DNA of 64,000 bases, taken from positions 62,001 through 126,000 of IMG/VR virus record IMGVR_UViG_3300044213_000107; one strand, given 5' to 3'. The first letter of the stretch is position 1. Each line of letters opens with the position of its first letter. The notes beneath the pieces are model-generated. The model was not told where the DNA came from. It ran no database searches and was given only the letters and a program-made list of their open reading frames with translations. A program made the translations under genes and the position numbers. This document shows, in pieces, positions 18,622-27,593 of this stretch.

Positions 18622-18865
18622 GACCTTGCCACTTTAGTTGATGAAATGTATAATCTTGTTCTTCTAAGTCGCCATAAACTGTACACCGATAACCATATGT
18701 TGTCATGTCTGGAGATATTTGATAACTAGGCTGTCCAGTAGTATGAGCCATACACCACTTACCGTAGTCAGTCTGTTGCCAATCCCAAATCGGTGAGGCG
18801 CAGTAAATTTCCGGGTCTTCAACATCACCCATGTTGAACTGATAGAAAATAGTTCTTATCGCCAT
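18602..18865 (-). CDS. LRWS-family small protein (extended end)
   Basis: YGKWCMAH...LEEQDYTFHQLKWQ. Confidence 0.7.
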   Translation of the reverse strand: MAIRTIFYQFNMGDVEDPEIYCASPIWDWQQTDYGKWCMAHTTGQPSYQISPDMTTYGYRCTVYGDLEEQDYTFHQLKWQGHVSFKR

Positions 18866-19026
18866 TTTAATGCAAAGTAAGTGGCCTGCAGTGGATCTTG
18901 AAACTCAAAAGTCCAGTACCAGCTAGGGAATTGATTTTTCACTGAAAAAGCATTGTGTCCAAACTCAGATTGGCACCATAATATGGCATCGTGTACATTA
19001 TTATTAGCAAAAGTCACAGAGTTCAT
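18856..19026 (-). CDS. LRWS-family small protein, first gene of the operon
   Basis: DAILWCQSEFG...FEFQDPLQATYFALKWR; ATG 6 nt after TATAAT. Confidence 0.75.
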   Translation of the reverse strand: MNSVTFANNNVHDAILWCQSEFGHNAFSVKNQFPSWYWTFEFQDPLQATYFALKWR

Positions 19027-19032
19027 ATCTAT

Positions 19033-19061
19033 ATTATAACACAAAAGTGTTTAGTTGTCAA
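19033..19061 (-). promoter_or_regulatory. Consensus sigma70 promoter TTGACA-17-TATAAT driving the array
   Basis: Exact consensus. Confidence 0.88.
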
Positions 19062-19470
19062 AATCTTTAGCCAGTGTGTCCCAGACCTGTTGTTTTTCTT
19101 TGTATTCTTTAAGCAACATTTCATAGTGTTTTCTTGCGGCCTGTAACTCCTCCCAATCATGTTCAAGTTCTGGATTGCTGGCCAGTTTACTTGGTATGCG
19201 TAGTAATTCTTTGATTTCTTTTAAAGTTTCCGTTAAGCTTTCGCCGTTTATAACAATATCTGCATCTTTGCCAGTTAAGTCAAGTTTTCCGCTTTGACTG
19301 ATTAGTGCCGGTGTAGCAGAACCCCAGTTGGTGGAAGTAGAGTAATAAGGTGAATTAGGTGTAATGGCTAACCCTGCACCACCGCCAGTACCACTGCCAG
19401 TAATAACATAAGGAATGTTTGACAATGATATATTGCCCGATGTGCCAAATGTTACATTTGCGTAAGTCAT
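19051..19470 (-). CDS. Phage hypothetical protein with coiled-coil C-terminus
   Basis: G/T-rich N-terminus, then DADIVINGESL...NPELE..W..L. Confidence 0.65.
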   Translation of the reverse strand: MTYANVTFGTSGNISLSNIPYVITGSGTGGGAGLAITPNSPYYSTSTNWGSATPALISQSGKLDLTGKDADIVINGESLTETLKEIKELLRIPSKLASNPELEHDWEELQAARKHYEMLLKEYKEKQQVWDTLAKDFDN

Positions 19471-20306
19471 AGAACTATTTCGTATAATTTGGAGTCAAAC
19501 TCCTCAGCACGTTTTTCATAGCCTTTGTATCCACGTGGGTTACAGACAACGCGAGTTTGGCCAATCATATAATCAAAGGTGTCATGAGTGTGCCCGTGAG
19601 TCCACACTTGGATTTCTGGGTGATCCAAAATAAACTCGCTCAAATCACTACTGTATGCTCCGTTCATGAGAGTATCACTGGCATAACGTGGATGTGTGCT
19701 TAGTTTGCTGGGACTATGGTGTGTGACAACCACAACTGGCCGTGCACCGGCGTTGTTTGCTAATGCTTGACTAAAATACGCTAGGGTCTTTTCATGCTGA
19801 GCCACGGTATATTCCGGAGTCATTCGGTGATACATGTTTGTACTTTCGTTGAACATGGTAATCTGACGATAGTCATTCATAGCACTGGCCACGTGATACA
19901 TAGTCAACGCATCACGCCGATTCATGTCTGTCCACAATGTTGCCCCAAGGAATAACACACCATCAATTTCTAGACTTTCGTTTTCCAACAGGTGTACATT
20001 TTCGGGCAGTTGTTCCCGAATGTGATCGTAGGTTTTTTGAACTTGGAAACGATAGTGTTCGTGATTTCCCATAACTAAAATAGTTTTACGATATTTTTGA
20101 CTGCATTCTTCGAGTAAAAATCTGTAAAACCGATCGGGTCTTTGGTCAGCACGCTCGTGCTCCAACAATACCATGTCGGGGTTATACCAGTTTTTCTTGA
20201 TGCTTTTGGCTTCGCATAAATCGCCGGAGATGATCAAAACGTCACCACCTGGTAACGTTAGGTCAGCAAAGTCGATGTGTAGGTCTGAGATTACATTTAT
20301 ACGCAT
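19467..20306 (-). CDS. Calcineurin-like metallophosphoesterase
   Basis: SDLH, GDL, GNHEHY, THH and HGHTH motifs. Confidence 0.92.
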   Translation of the reverse strand: MRINVISDLHIDFADLTLPGGDVLIISGDLCEAKSIKKNWYNPDMVLLEHERADQRPDRFYRFLLEECSQKYRKTILVMGNHEHYRFQVQKTYDHIREQLPENVHLLENESLEIDGVLFLGATLWTDMNRRDALTMYHVASAMNDYRQITMFNESTNMYHRMTPEYTVAQHEKTLAYFSQALANNAGARPVVVVTHHSPSKLSTHPRYASDTLMNGAYSSDLSEFILDHPEIQVWTHGHTHDTFDYMIGQTRVVCNPRGYKGYEKRAEEFDSKLYEIVL

Positions 20307-20316
20307 AAGTTTATAT

Positions 20317-20340
20317 AAAAAAAGGCTCCGAAGAGCCTTT
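20317..20340. terminator. Intrinsic terminator hairpin
   Basis: AAAGGCTC-CGAA-GAGCCTTT flanked by an A/T tract. Confidence 0.8.
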
Positions 20341-20357
20341 GTATTTAACTCTTTGGA

Positions 20358-20630
20358 TTAGAGAGAAATTCCCATTGATTTGGCTTTGTATCCAAGTGCA
20401 ACGATTTCACGGCTTGGACGTCCAATTTCGTACTCTGTGGTCATAACGCCATTGCCTGCACGGCGTGTGTTAGCATAAACTGCATAACCCAATTGACGCA
20501 AACGAGTTGCTTCGGCTGCAAGATTGCCAACGCCAAAACGCTTTCTGGCTTCTGCTTTAGTTAGTTTTTGACCAGCTTGTAATGCAGAAAATACTTTACC
20601 AGTTTTTGTTTTTGGATTAACACGTTTCAT
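20358..20630 (-). CDS. Winged-helix-like DNA-binding protein
   Basis: KVFSALQAG...LTKAEA...NLAAEATRLRQLGY; own promoter TTGCTT-17-TATAAT at 20679-20707. Confidence 0.55.
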   Translation of the reverse strand: MKRVNPKTKTGKVFSALQAGQKLTKAEARKRFGVGNLAAEATRLRQLGYAVYANTRRAGNGVMTTEYEIGRPSREIVALGYKAKSMGISL

Positions 20631-20724
20631 TTTTGATTTCCTTTATAAAAATTTGCAGTATTCTTAACTGCTGAGTGTATTATAATCTATTTGTAACAGA
20701 AAAGCAACAACTAATTTAGCCATT

Positions 20725-21261
20725 TTAATCTTTTTCTGGCCATTCGCTCCAGTGCCAGCCCAACAGCTCAAAATCTGCCGACACTTCTTTGGTCACAACA
20801 CCTTCAGGTACAAAGCCTGTGAGTTTAGCCCACTCCTCGGGGTCGGTATCGTAGTCGGCTACTCCGCCCGATCCAGAACAGTACCAATCCATGTAATCAC
20901 CCTGGCCAAGCATGTCTGCCACAATGCCACCTGCACTACGCCAACTACAGGTCCACCATTGATCTTTAAGAATCGGCATTACATCAATTCGTTGCCAACG
21001 AATGTTACAGAGAGCCGCATAGATATTCTGGGCATAGGCTTCACTGGTACGTGCTTTGTGCAGGATCCAGTCTGCGGATCTTAGATCGTATTCAAGATTA
21101 TCATTTTGCCATTCTGGATCGTTTTCATGCAGTCTCGCAGCCGCCATTTTTAAAAATTCAACATAAGCCTCAGAAGGATTTTGATTTTGATCTTGACAGC
21201 GTTGTAGATATCGGTTGAGACCGTTTACATCCTTGTCTGGACTATGGCTTATATCGGTCAT
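20725..21261 (-). CDS. Phage hypothetical protein
   Basis: YAQNIYAALCN...SWRSAGGIVADM...YMDWYCSG. Confidence 0.65.
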   Translation of the reverse strand: MTDISHSPDKDVNGLNRYLQRCQDQNQNPSEAYVEFLKMAAARLHENDPEWQNDNLEYDLRSADWILHKARTSEAYAQNIYAALCNIRWQRIDVMPILKDQWWTCSWRSAGGIVADMLGQGDYMDWYCSGSGGVADYDTDPEEWAKLTGFVPEGVVTKEVSADFELLGWHWSEWPEKD

Positions 21262-21509
21262 TACACCAATTCCTCTAAGATTCCTAGGCCTTCTGCTAGG
21301 ATTATTAACGATCCCGCTACATAAAAGTTTCCATCAATTAAGAAAACTCCTGCTATAATTCGTAGCCCACTTTTAACGAGGCTCACGTAAAAATGGCCAC
21401 GACTTGTATCTTTTGGTTGTATATTTAACATAGGTTTATGATGTGGACATCGTCCTTGGTTATAGTTGCATTCCGGAGTGTACTCTTGGCGACAAACTTC
21501 ACATTTCAT
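21261..21509 (-). CDS. Zn-ribbon plus membrane hairpin protein
   Basis: CEVC...C...CPHH, then HFYVSLVKSGLRI...AEGLGILEELV. Confidence 0.6.
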   Translation of the reverse strand: MKCEVCRQEYTPECNYNQGRCPHHKPMLNIQPKDTSRGHFYVSLVKSGLRIIAGVFLIDGNFYVAGSLIILAEGLGILEELV

Positions 21510-21742
21510 GATCGCAGTACCTTTATAATTTTTTCTTGCTCTTGTTCTTTAAGCCATTCATCTTCGCCGGCATAGGTGCTCGCCTGCGCAAGCGTTTCAT
21601 CAACCAGCCATTTAAGTCGATACAGATCTTGTTTAATAGCCCAGGTGGTGAAACCATCGTTATAGCCACTGTTCATTTCGGCTCGCATCATCCAGATTTG
21701 ATGCCGCATGGCATTTAAGTCCCAATCTTTTTGAAAGCCCAT
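21506..21742 (-). CDS. Hypothetical protein
   Basis: Coupled ORF, YNDGFTTWAIKQDLY. Confidence 0.6.
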   Translation of the reverse strand: MGFQKDWDLNAMRHQIWMMRAEMNSGYNDGFTTWAIKQDLYRLKWLVDETLAQASTYAGEDEWLKEQEQEKIIKVLRS

Positions 21743-21972
21743 TATGAAGTTAAACCTTTCATAACTAAATCTTTGGCCCGAGCATCTAATTCTCGTTGTT
21801 CGGTTTCTTGTATCATAGGAGCAAACATATGCAACAGTTCTTTTGCTGCCTGCTCACCGTCTTCGGTAAAATGACTATAGCCTTTGATAGCACTAGTGTA
21901 AAAATACTGTTTATTTTTAATTAATTCTAATAAACTACCATACATAACATCTTTGATTGCTCGACTATCCAT
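21742..21972 (-). CDS. Hypothetical protein
   Basis: Likely start MDSRAIKD just after the ligase stop. Confidence 0.6.
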   Translation of the reverse strand: MDSRAIKDVMYGSLLELIKNKQYFYTSAIKGYSHFTEDGEQAAKELLHMFAPMIQETEQRELDARAKDLVMKGLTS

Positions 21973-21988
21973 AATATACTTTCTTATG

Positions 21989-23308
21989 TTAGAGTTTTTC
22001 TCCAGGAACGAAGCCACGGAAATGTAAGAACCTCGGAAAGCGAAGACTATAAGTGCCATCTTGATTTTGTGTAACGGCATCGGCACGGACTTCAACAACA
22101 TTACCCACCATTGCCGCACGACTGGCCCAGTAATTGTCGCGGTCGGCATCACTAAACCCACTGCCGACATTAACCCGAATAGTTCTACCATCGTCTTCTC
22201 CTTCGCAGATTATAGCACCTAGTCGTCCCGCATTGCGACCTGTCCCTTCTTCTACTGCCACCACACTTAAACTAACTTCAATAAATGGTTTGAGTTTAAG
22301 CCATGCTACACTACGCTTGCATTCATAAACTGCCTCGGGATCCTTGATCATAATGCCTTCGTAGCCGCCAGCAACTGCCTGCGTATTAATCATTTTAAAT
22401 CTTTCTTGACCTTTGGCAGTATCAAGATCGACTAGTTCTTGGCCCACAACCGCAACATTTGGCATGTGTTCACGCAATGGGTTATACCATGCTATTAATC
22501 CACGACTGCGTTCTAATTGTGTTCGTGTGCTGCGACCTTGTTGAAATTCCTTGAGTGTCAGTGCATCAAATACATGTAACACCGCATCATTGGCCGCAAC
22601 ATCTGTTTTACGATGCACCTGTTTCATTAGGTCTTGGAAACTTGAACTCATAACTTCGCCATCAAGCACCACAGGTTCTGCAGCAAATAATACCGCATGT
22701 TTGGCTATTTGTTTTTTGATATGCTCAAAGTTTACCAACTCTTTACCATTGCGACTATACTGATCAACTTGTCCATTGGGATATACAACGGTGATAACAC
22801 GCACACCATCAAGTTTAACTTCAATTAATTTTTCGCCTGTGATCTTACTTTCGTGATTTGCACTATCGTACGCAAGTTGGCAAGCAAAAACCGGAATCAC
22901 ATATTCGGTGTTAATTTTTTCTACAGCTTTGTTAATTGTTTTTTCGCTTACACCGCATCGTAGATCTTTAATTAAAATACGACGATACCAACCATTCCAT
23001 TGTAGTTGGGTGGCTCGAGACATCATCATGTTAACTGCGGTAATAGCCGCATTGCCAGTCAATTTTCGTTCTGCTAGTTGTTGAGCAGTTTTCCAAAATG
23101 ATTCTGCAGGTAATCCTGCAGTTTTGGTTTCTTTTGTTTTTTCTGGTACTTGTTTAATGCCGTAGGTGATCAAAGAATCTAATGCGGCACGGGCACCACG
23201 GAAAAATTCTGCGTTACCTGCGGCTGCTTCACGAGCAACTACAGATTCTTTAAATAAACGACTATTGTCAGACTCTAATTCTGAAACAACTTCCCAAGGG
23301 TTAAGCAT
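21989..23308 (-). CDS. lig: ATP-dependent DNA ligase
   Basis: Motif I KLDGVR; LDGE, EGIMIKD and WLKLKP motifs; C-terminal OB fold with SLRFPRF. Confidence 0.95.
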   Translation of the reverse strand: MLNPWEVVSELESDNSRLFKESVVAREAAAGNAEFFRGARAALDSLITYGIKQVPEKTKETKTAGLPAESFWKTAQQLAERKLTGNAAITAVNMMMSRATQLQWNGWYRRILIKDLRCGVSEKTINKAVEKINTEYVIPVFACQLAYDSANHESKITGEKLIEVKLDGVRVITVVYPNGQVDQYSRNGKELVNFEHIKKQIAKHAVLFAAEPVVLDGEVMSSSFQDLMKQVHRKTDVAANDAVLHVFDALTLKEFQQGRSTRTQLERSRGLIAWYNPLREHMPNVAVVGQELVDLDTAKGQERFKMINTQAVAGGYEGIMIKDPEAVYECKRSVAWLKLKPFIEVSLSVVAVEEGTGRNAGRLGAIICEGEDDGRTIRVNVGSGFSDADRDNYWASRAAMVGNVVEVRADAVTQNQDGTYSLRFPRFLHFRGFVPGEKL

Positions 23309-23335
23309 ATTGGCGCTCCTTAATATATTATACTA

Positions 23336-23524
23336 TTAATCAATTTGTATGTCAACTAAACGACCTTTATCAAAAATCCAATAGGTTTCAAGTTGGTTAT
23401 AACTAACCCAAACACAACGGTTTCCGGGACGTATAGTGGCAAATTTTACATTCAGTTTTCTTAGTTCATCTAAGACAACAAGTGCTTCAAACTCATTTAC
23501 CGCAGGATCGATTACTATACTCAT
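23336..23524 (-). CDS. Hypothetical protein
   Basis: Short ORF in the operon. Confidence 0.5.
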   Translation of the reverse strand: MSIVIDPAVNEFEALVVLDELRKLNVKFATIRPGNRCVWVSYNQLETYWIFDKGRLVDIQID

Positions 23525-23526
23525 GT

Positions 23527-23883
23527 TTATCCTTGAGATTTTTTAACTGCATGCTTACATGCGCCACGAAAACGAAATCCTGCACAACTGCAGGTCAATT
23601 GACCATCTTCTTCGGTTACTGTATAAGTGTCACCTTTGGAACCGGTGACGGTCCATGATTGACTGACCATTTTTAGCTCTTCTCGGGGAAAAAATCCCCA
23701 GGTGTTTGTAACCTCTTTAAATTTTCGTCCACGCACATCTAATTTCAACGGTGCTTTAAATTCAAATATATTTTTTTTACCTACTGGTAGATAAGCATAG
23801 GCCTTGCTCTTGCCGTCGTCCATGAAGTAGATGTGATTGGGAGTGGTGTCTTCCCATGCAGTGATTTCTTGAAACACTTTCAT
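23527..23883 (-). CDS. SWIM zinc-finger protein
   Basis: CSCAGFRFRGACKH. Confidence 0.8.
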   Translation of the reverse strand: MKVFQEITAWEDTTPNHIYFMDDGKSKAYAYLPVGKKNIFEFKAPLKLDVRGRKFKEVTNTWGFFPREELKMVSQSWTVTGSKGDTYTVTEEDGQLTCSCAGFRFRGACKHAVKKSQG

Positions 23884-24092
23884 TTAACAAAGATTCCTAC
23901 AATGTAGATGGCCAACAAAATACCGTTTACAATTATCAAGTTGGTTTCACGAATTCTAACAGCCCAGATTAAGTATAACACAGCACCAAGGTTAAGTAAA
24001 TAGATGTTTACAGGATCTATACGAAAACTGGTGCAGACTGCACCAAAAACAACACAGGCACAGCCCAACCATTTTAACGCAAAATTCAACAT
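23880..24092 (-). CDS. Small membrane protein
   Basis: Three hydrophobic segments; promoter TTGCCC-18-TATAAT at 24122-24151. Confidence 0.6.
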   Translation of the reverse strand: MLNFALKWLGCACVVFGAVCTSFRIDPVNIYLLNLGAVLYLIWAVRIRETNLIIVNGILLAIYIVGIFVK

Positions 24093-24167
24093 TTCTAACC
24101 TTTTTTCCTTACTATGTGTATATTATAACACATTTTGGGTATTTTGGGCAAAGTTTGGGTGTTGCGT

Positions 24168-24749
24168 TTATGCAACAAACTTTTTTGAAAATTTTTGTTT
24201 TGATAACCAATCACTATATATTTTTACGCCATCATCTGACAAATTATAGTTTAAATTTATTAAATCTGTCAATATATCACCGTTGAGTATATTTTCTAAT
24301 TTAATTATGTGTTGAGTATGAGTTTCAATCATACTAGAATACTCAATTAGTTTTTGTGTGTACTCTTTAATATTGTTTGCTCCGCATTGTTTTTGCATTT
24401 CTTCCCAAACATGAGCACGATGGCATTTTTTAAAGCGTTCAGCTGCCCAGATTGCATAGTCAAAATCTTTAACTATTATTGATAAAAAGTCATGCTTTTG
24501 TGCTATATGATAGGTCGCGTCATGACTTGATATACTTTTATATTTTCCAGTAACTGAGTCAATATATAGTTGTTTTTTGCTGTCCGAATCAAATAAATGT
24601 GGTTTTTTCAATCTCGTACGTTCAGGGTTATGTATTATTGTACCAAAATTTGCAGATATTGCACAGTCCGTTGGGTCTATGATTGCAGATATTAAATCCC
24701 CACAAGTTCCGCCGGTATAACAAACAATAGTTAAATTATCAATGTCCAA
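24168..24749 (-). CDS. AT-rich hypothetical protein (sulfotransferase/P-loop-like N-terminus)
   Basis: IVCYTGGTCGDLI motif; low GC. Confidence 0.55.
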   Translation of the reverse strand: MDIDNLTIVCYTGGTCGDLISAIIDPTDCAISANFGTIIHNPERTRLKKPHLFDSDSKKQLYIDSVTGKYKSISSHDATYHIAQKHDFLSIIVKDFDYAIWAAERFKKCHRAHVWEEMQKQCGANNIKEYTQKLIEYSSMIETHTQHIIKLENILNGDILTDLINLNYNLSDDGVKIYSDWLSKQKFSKKFVA

Positions 24750-24777
24750 GGATCTCCTTTATATACAAACCAAAATT

Positions 24778-24912
24778 TTAAATTACTACATAATCTTCTT
24801 TACCGCAACCGCACTCTGGACAAGTAAAATCTTCGGACAATTCATCCCATGCTCCTTCAGCAGCTTCATCGTGTTCGTGTCCGCAGACTACGCATACATG
24901 TGTTTCACTCAT
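24778..24912 (-). CDS. Rubredoxin (44 aa, not in the ORF track)
   Basis: MSETHVCVVCGHEHDEAAEGAWDELSEDFTCPECGCGKEDYVVI; two CxxCG knuckles; ATGA overlap with rubrerythrin. Confidence 0.9.
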   Translation of the reverse strand: MSETHVCVVCGHEHDEAAEGAWDELSEDFTCPECGCGKEDYVVI

Positions 24913-25361
24913 TTCAATTCTCCTAGTTTAGTTTGATATGCTGCCGCATGACGCTTCTCTACTTTTGCTAGAGCCGCAAAACGCTTTTCTGCTTTGGCCA
25001 AAACTTCGGCAAACTGTTCGGCGTGTTCTTTAGATTCGTCAATTTGTTCCTGTGCTACTTGTGCCGCTTCTAAAGCACCTTCTGCAACTGCTTTTGCATG
25101 AAACTCTGGGTACATAGTAGTAAACTCGTATGTTTCACCTTCGATTGCTTTTTCAAGACATTCTTTGGTTGTTGGTTTGCCAATCAGCAATTCCAAATGA
25201 CCCCAAGCATGTAGCAGTTCTTGGTCTGCTGTATGCCAAAAGTGTTTAGCAATATCTTCATATCCTTCTTCACGAGCAATCTTAGCAAAGTAACGATACT
25301 TTATATGTGCTTGTGATTCTCCGGCCAATGCGGCTTCTAAATTTTTAATAGTAATTGACAT
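24909..25361 (-). CDS. rbr: Rubrerythrin family ferritin-like protein
   Basis: NLEAALAGESQAHIKYRYFAKIAREEG...ELLHA...GETYEFTTMYPEF...EHA; promoter TTGACA-18-TATAAT at 25393-25422. Confidence 0.92.
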   Translation of the reverse strand: MSITIKNLEAALAGESQAHIKYRYFAKIAREEGYEDIAKHFWHTADQELLHAWGHLELLIGKPTTKECLEKAIEGETYEFTTMYPEFHAKAVAEGALEAAQVAQEQIDESKEHAEQFAEVLAKAEKRFAALAKVEKRHAAAYQTKLGELK

Positions 25362-25476
25362 AAGTCCTCCTTTGATTAGTATTAATACTAATATTATATA
25401 TGACAAAAATACCTATTGTCAACTTGGTTTCAATAGTTTTTTACTGAATATTTTTTTATGGGCCTAATAGAAGAAA

Positions 25477-26595
25477 TCAATTATCGCCCATTAATTCGTA
25501 TAGTTCTGGCAAGTACTCTCGCCAATCCATACCGTGATAATTTCGTGTATGTTCCATGTATCTGTAAAATTTTTTTCTACATTGTAGATCAAATGCACTA
25601 TTATCTATATATGCTTTTAAAAAATGTAAATCATTGTCATTTAAATAGCTAGATATTTTATCTTTTTCTTGTTCTGTTAAAATTGAATATGTTAAATATG
25701 GTGGATAACTCACAAAACCTATTTCATTAGTTAAAGAGATGCCAAGATTTTTCATATATTCGATATATTCTACTACACCAAATAAATTTAATATACTGTG
25801 TGTTGGATGAGATGCTAGATTAAATCCTTGAGATTTAAAATCAATTAAATTTAGATTGAATTTATTCCAGTCAGCACCTGTTCGTATAAATTCAAATTTT
25901 TTCTCAATTGCTTCAAAACTAACAACTAAATTAATTTTATTAAATTTTTTTAATATCGGAATATCTTTATAACTTACTGTTCCGTTTGTGTTAATATTTA
26001 AACAAGTATCGGGCCCTGCTGAATCTAATACCTTTTCTAAAAAAATACTTAACTTATTCATATTATACAACGGCTCTCCACCTATTATATTAACAAATTT
26101 TAAATTTTTAAAATCATCATCAGTGTAATCATAAACTGCAGATGGCCAAACATCTAAATTTTCAATTGACACACTAATGTCGTAATTATAAATTGTATTC
26201 GGTAATTTTAAAGCTTCGGGTATCCAACTACTGCTAGATGACGGGCGGCAATATCTACATTGGATATTACAATATCTTCCTGTATCAACAGTTAATTGCA
26301 TAAAATCTTGTACATTTGATTCTGTAGAATATAAATCTATGTAATTGGCTAAACTTAATCGTTTGCTGAAATTTTTCCCAGGGTGTAGAATTTCAGCATT
26401 ACGACATGTAGTACAATATTTTTCTGGCCATTCACCTTGGTCAAACGACTGTTTTATTTCATTGTAAACAGGACTTTGCAGCATTTTAGTGCGACTTGTT
26501 ATATTGGGTATGGGTTGAAAGCAGCACGGACCTTGGAATTGAGCATCGTATGCGTGTTCGAAATACCAGCAACGTATAGGTTCTTTTTGATTCAT
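25477..26595 (-). CDS. Radical SAM protein with N-terminal twitch/SPASM-like cluster, AT-rich
   Basis: CNIQCRYC, GGEPL and TNGT motifs; N-terminal C...PCC...CTTC. Confidence 0.9.
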   Translation of the reverse strand: MNQKEPIRCWYFEHAYDAQFQGPCCFQPIPNITSRTKMLQSPVYNEIKQSFDQGEWPEKYCTTCRNAEILHPGKNFSKRLSLANYIDLYSTESNVQDFMQLTVDTGRYCNIQCRYCRPSSSSSWIPEALKLPNTIYNYDISVSIENLDVWPSAVYDYTDDDFKNLKFVNIIGGEPLYNMNKLSIFLEKVLDSAGPDTCLNINTNGTVSYKDIPILKKFNKINLVVSFEAIEKKFEFIRTGADWNKFNLNLIDFKSQGFNLASHPTHSILNLFGVVEYIEYMKNLGISLTNEIGFVSYPPYLTYSILTEQEKDKISSYLNDNDLHFLKAYIDNSAFDLQCRKKFYRYMEHTRNYHGMDWREYLPELYELMGDN

Positions 26596-26613
26596 ACAAA
26601 TATTTAGTATATA

Positions 26614-26636
26614 AGAAACCCGCCGAAGCGGGTTCT
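26614..26636 (-). terminator. Intrinsic terminator after the tmRNA
   Basis: AACCCGC-TTCG-GCGGGTT followed by TCTT on the minus strand. Confidence 0.85.
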
Positions 26637-26958
26637 GGTTGTTTCTGTTACGAGGTATTTCCTACCCTAAGCAGTGTTTAGGCTGCTAAGGCAAATAGTG
26701 AGTCATTTGCATTTACTTGTTTTGCTTCTTTTACGGAGATCGCCTACCGAGCGCCATTATTCCTACTCCTGACCCTGTCGAACCTATTTCCGGCCCATCA
26801 AAAACATACTATCCTACACTCACTTACGATCGGCGTAACCAGCGGTAGTTAAAAACCTGCTCATGCGTTCCTATAGTATGCTTTTGGTGGACCGGGCGGG
26901 GAACCGCCCCCCGCGTCCAGAATCCATTTCCTAATAACAGTTTACGCTGTTCTTTGTA
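26637..26958 (-). ncRNA. ssrA: Circularly permuted (two-piece) tmRNA; tag (A)ANDSLFALAA
   Basis: The acceptor piece ends CCGGTCC-A-CCA (26885) and is followed by an 88-nt intervening hairpin. The coding piece starts GGGCCGG (26796), giving a 7-bp stem with G3:U70. Tag ORF GCA AAT GAC TCA CTA TTT GCC TTA GCA GCC TAA at 26710-26678. Outer boundaries are approximate. Confidence 0.92.
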
Positions 26959-27004
26959 GTATATATTTATTTCTAATAGGAGTCAAGTCTATAGGCAATA
27001 AATG

Positions 27005-27592
27005 TTAAATAGCTCGATTAATTCTTTCAATAATAATATCTACTGTTTTGTTTGACAATACAACTTCATAGTGATTTAATGGCATTTCAATCGTTTCAAA
27101 ATCGGTTCTACTACGTTGACTTTTTAATGTGACTACTCCATCATTTTCTTCGTGTATCCATGGACTTTGTCCTTTTGTAGTCACAACCTGTGTCCAATTT
27201 TTAGGTGCTGAAATATATCGCGCTTCACGCATCGGAGTACTCATTGTGCCTATATCTCGCATCAATCTATTAAACGGTAAAAAATATTGAGCAAAATCTG
27301 CTTGTGCACTACCACCATAAGGAGTACTAAGACTTATGCCACCGCAGGTTATGTCTTTATAGTAATCTGCTAGATACAGTGAATATATGCCACCCAAACT
27401 ATGACTTATGAAATACAATCGTTCAGTGTCTTCTAAACTTTTTTTCATTGTCGCAAGATTATTATGAAATCCATCGCCACTGCTGTATTCTAGCATAATA
27501 TCAGGAAACTCAAAATGATCTCTAATATACTGCCTGATGTGTGTGAAGCTTTCTGCAGTCGCACTGGCTCCATGAATATACACAATATGCAT
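27005..27592 (-). CDS. Alpha/beta hydrolase
   Basis: YIHG, nucleophile elbow SHSLGG, NDGVV and C-terminal His (NHYEV). Confidence 0.88.
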   Translation of the reverse strand: MHIVYIHGASATAESFTHIRQYIRDHFEFPDIMLEYSSGDGFHNNLATMKKSLEDTERLYFISHSLGGIYSLYLADYYKDITCGGISLSTPYGGSAQADFAQYFLPFNRLMRDIGTMSTPMREARYISAPKNWTQVVTTKGQSPWIHEENDGVVTLKSQRSRTDFETIEMPLNHYEVVLSNKTVDIIIERINRAI

Positions 27593-27593
27593 T

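Noticed and set aside
21973-22191. N-terminal extension of ORF 21742-22191
   Set aside because: It overlaps the ligase 3' end in another frame; the plausible start is MDSRAIKD at 21972.
26880-26925. Possible tRNA gene (CCA end and T-arm-like hairpin)
   Set aside because: There is no anticodon arm, and its 5' acceptor strand lies about 90 nt downstream. It is the acceptor piece of the permuted tmRNA.
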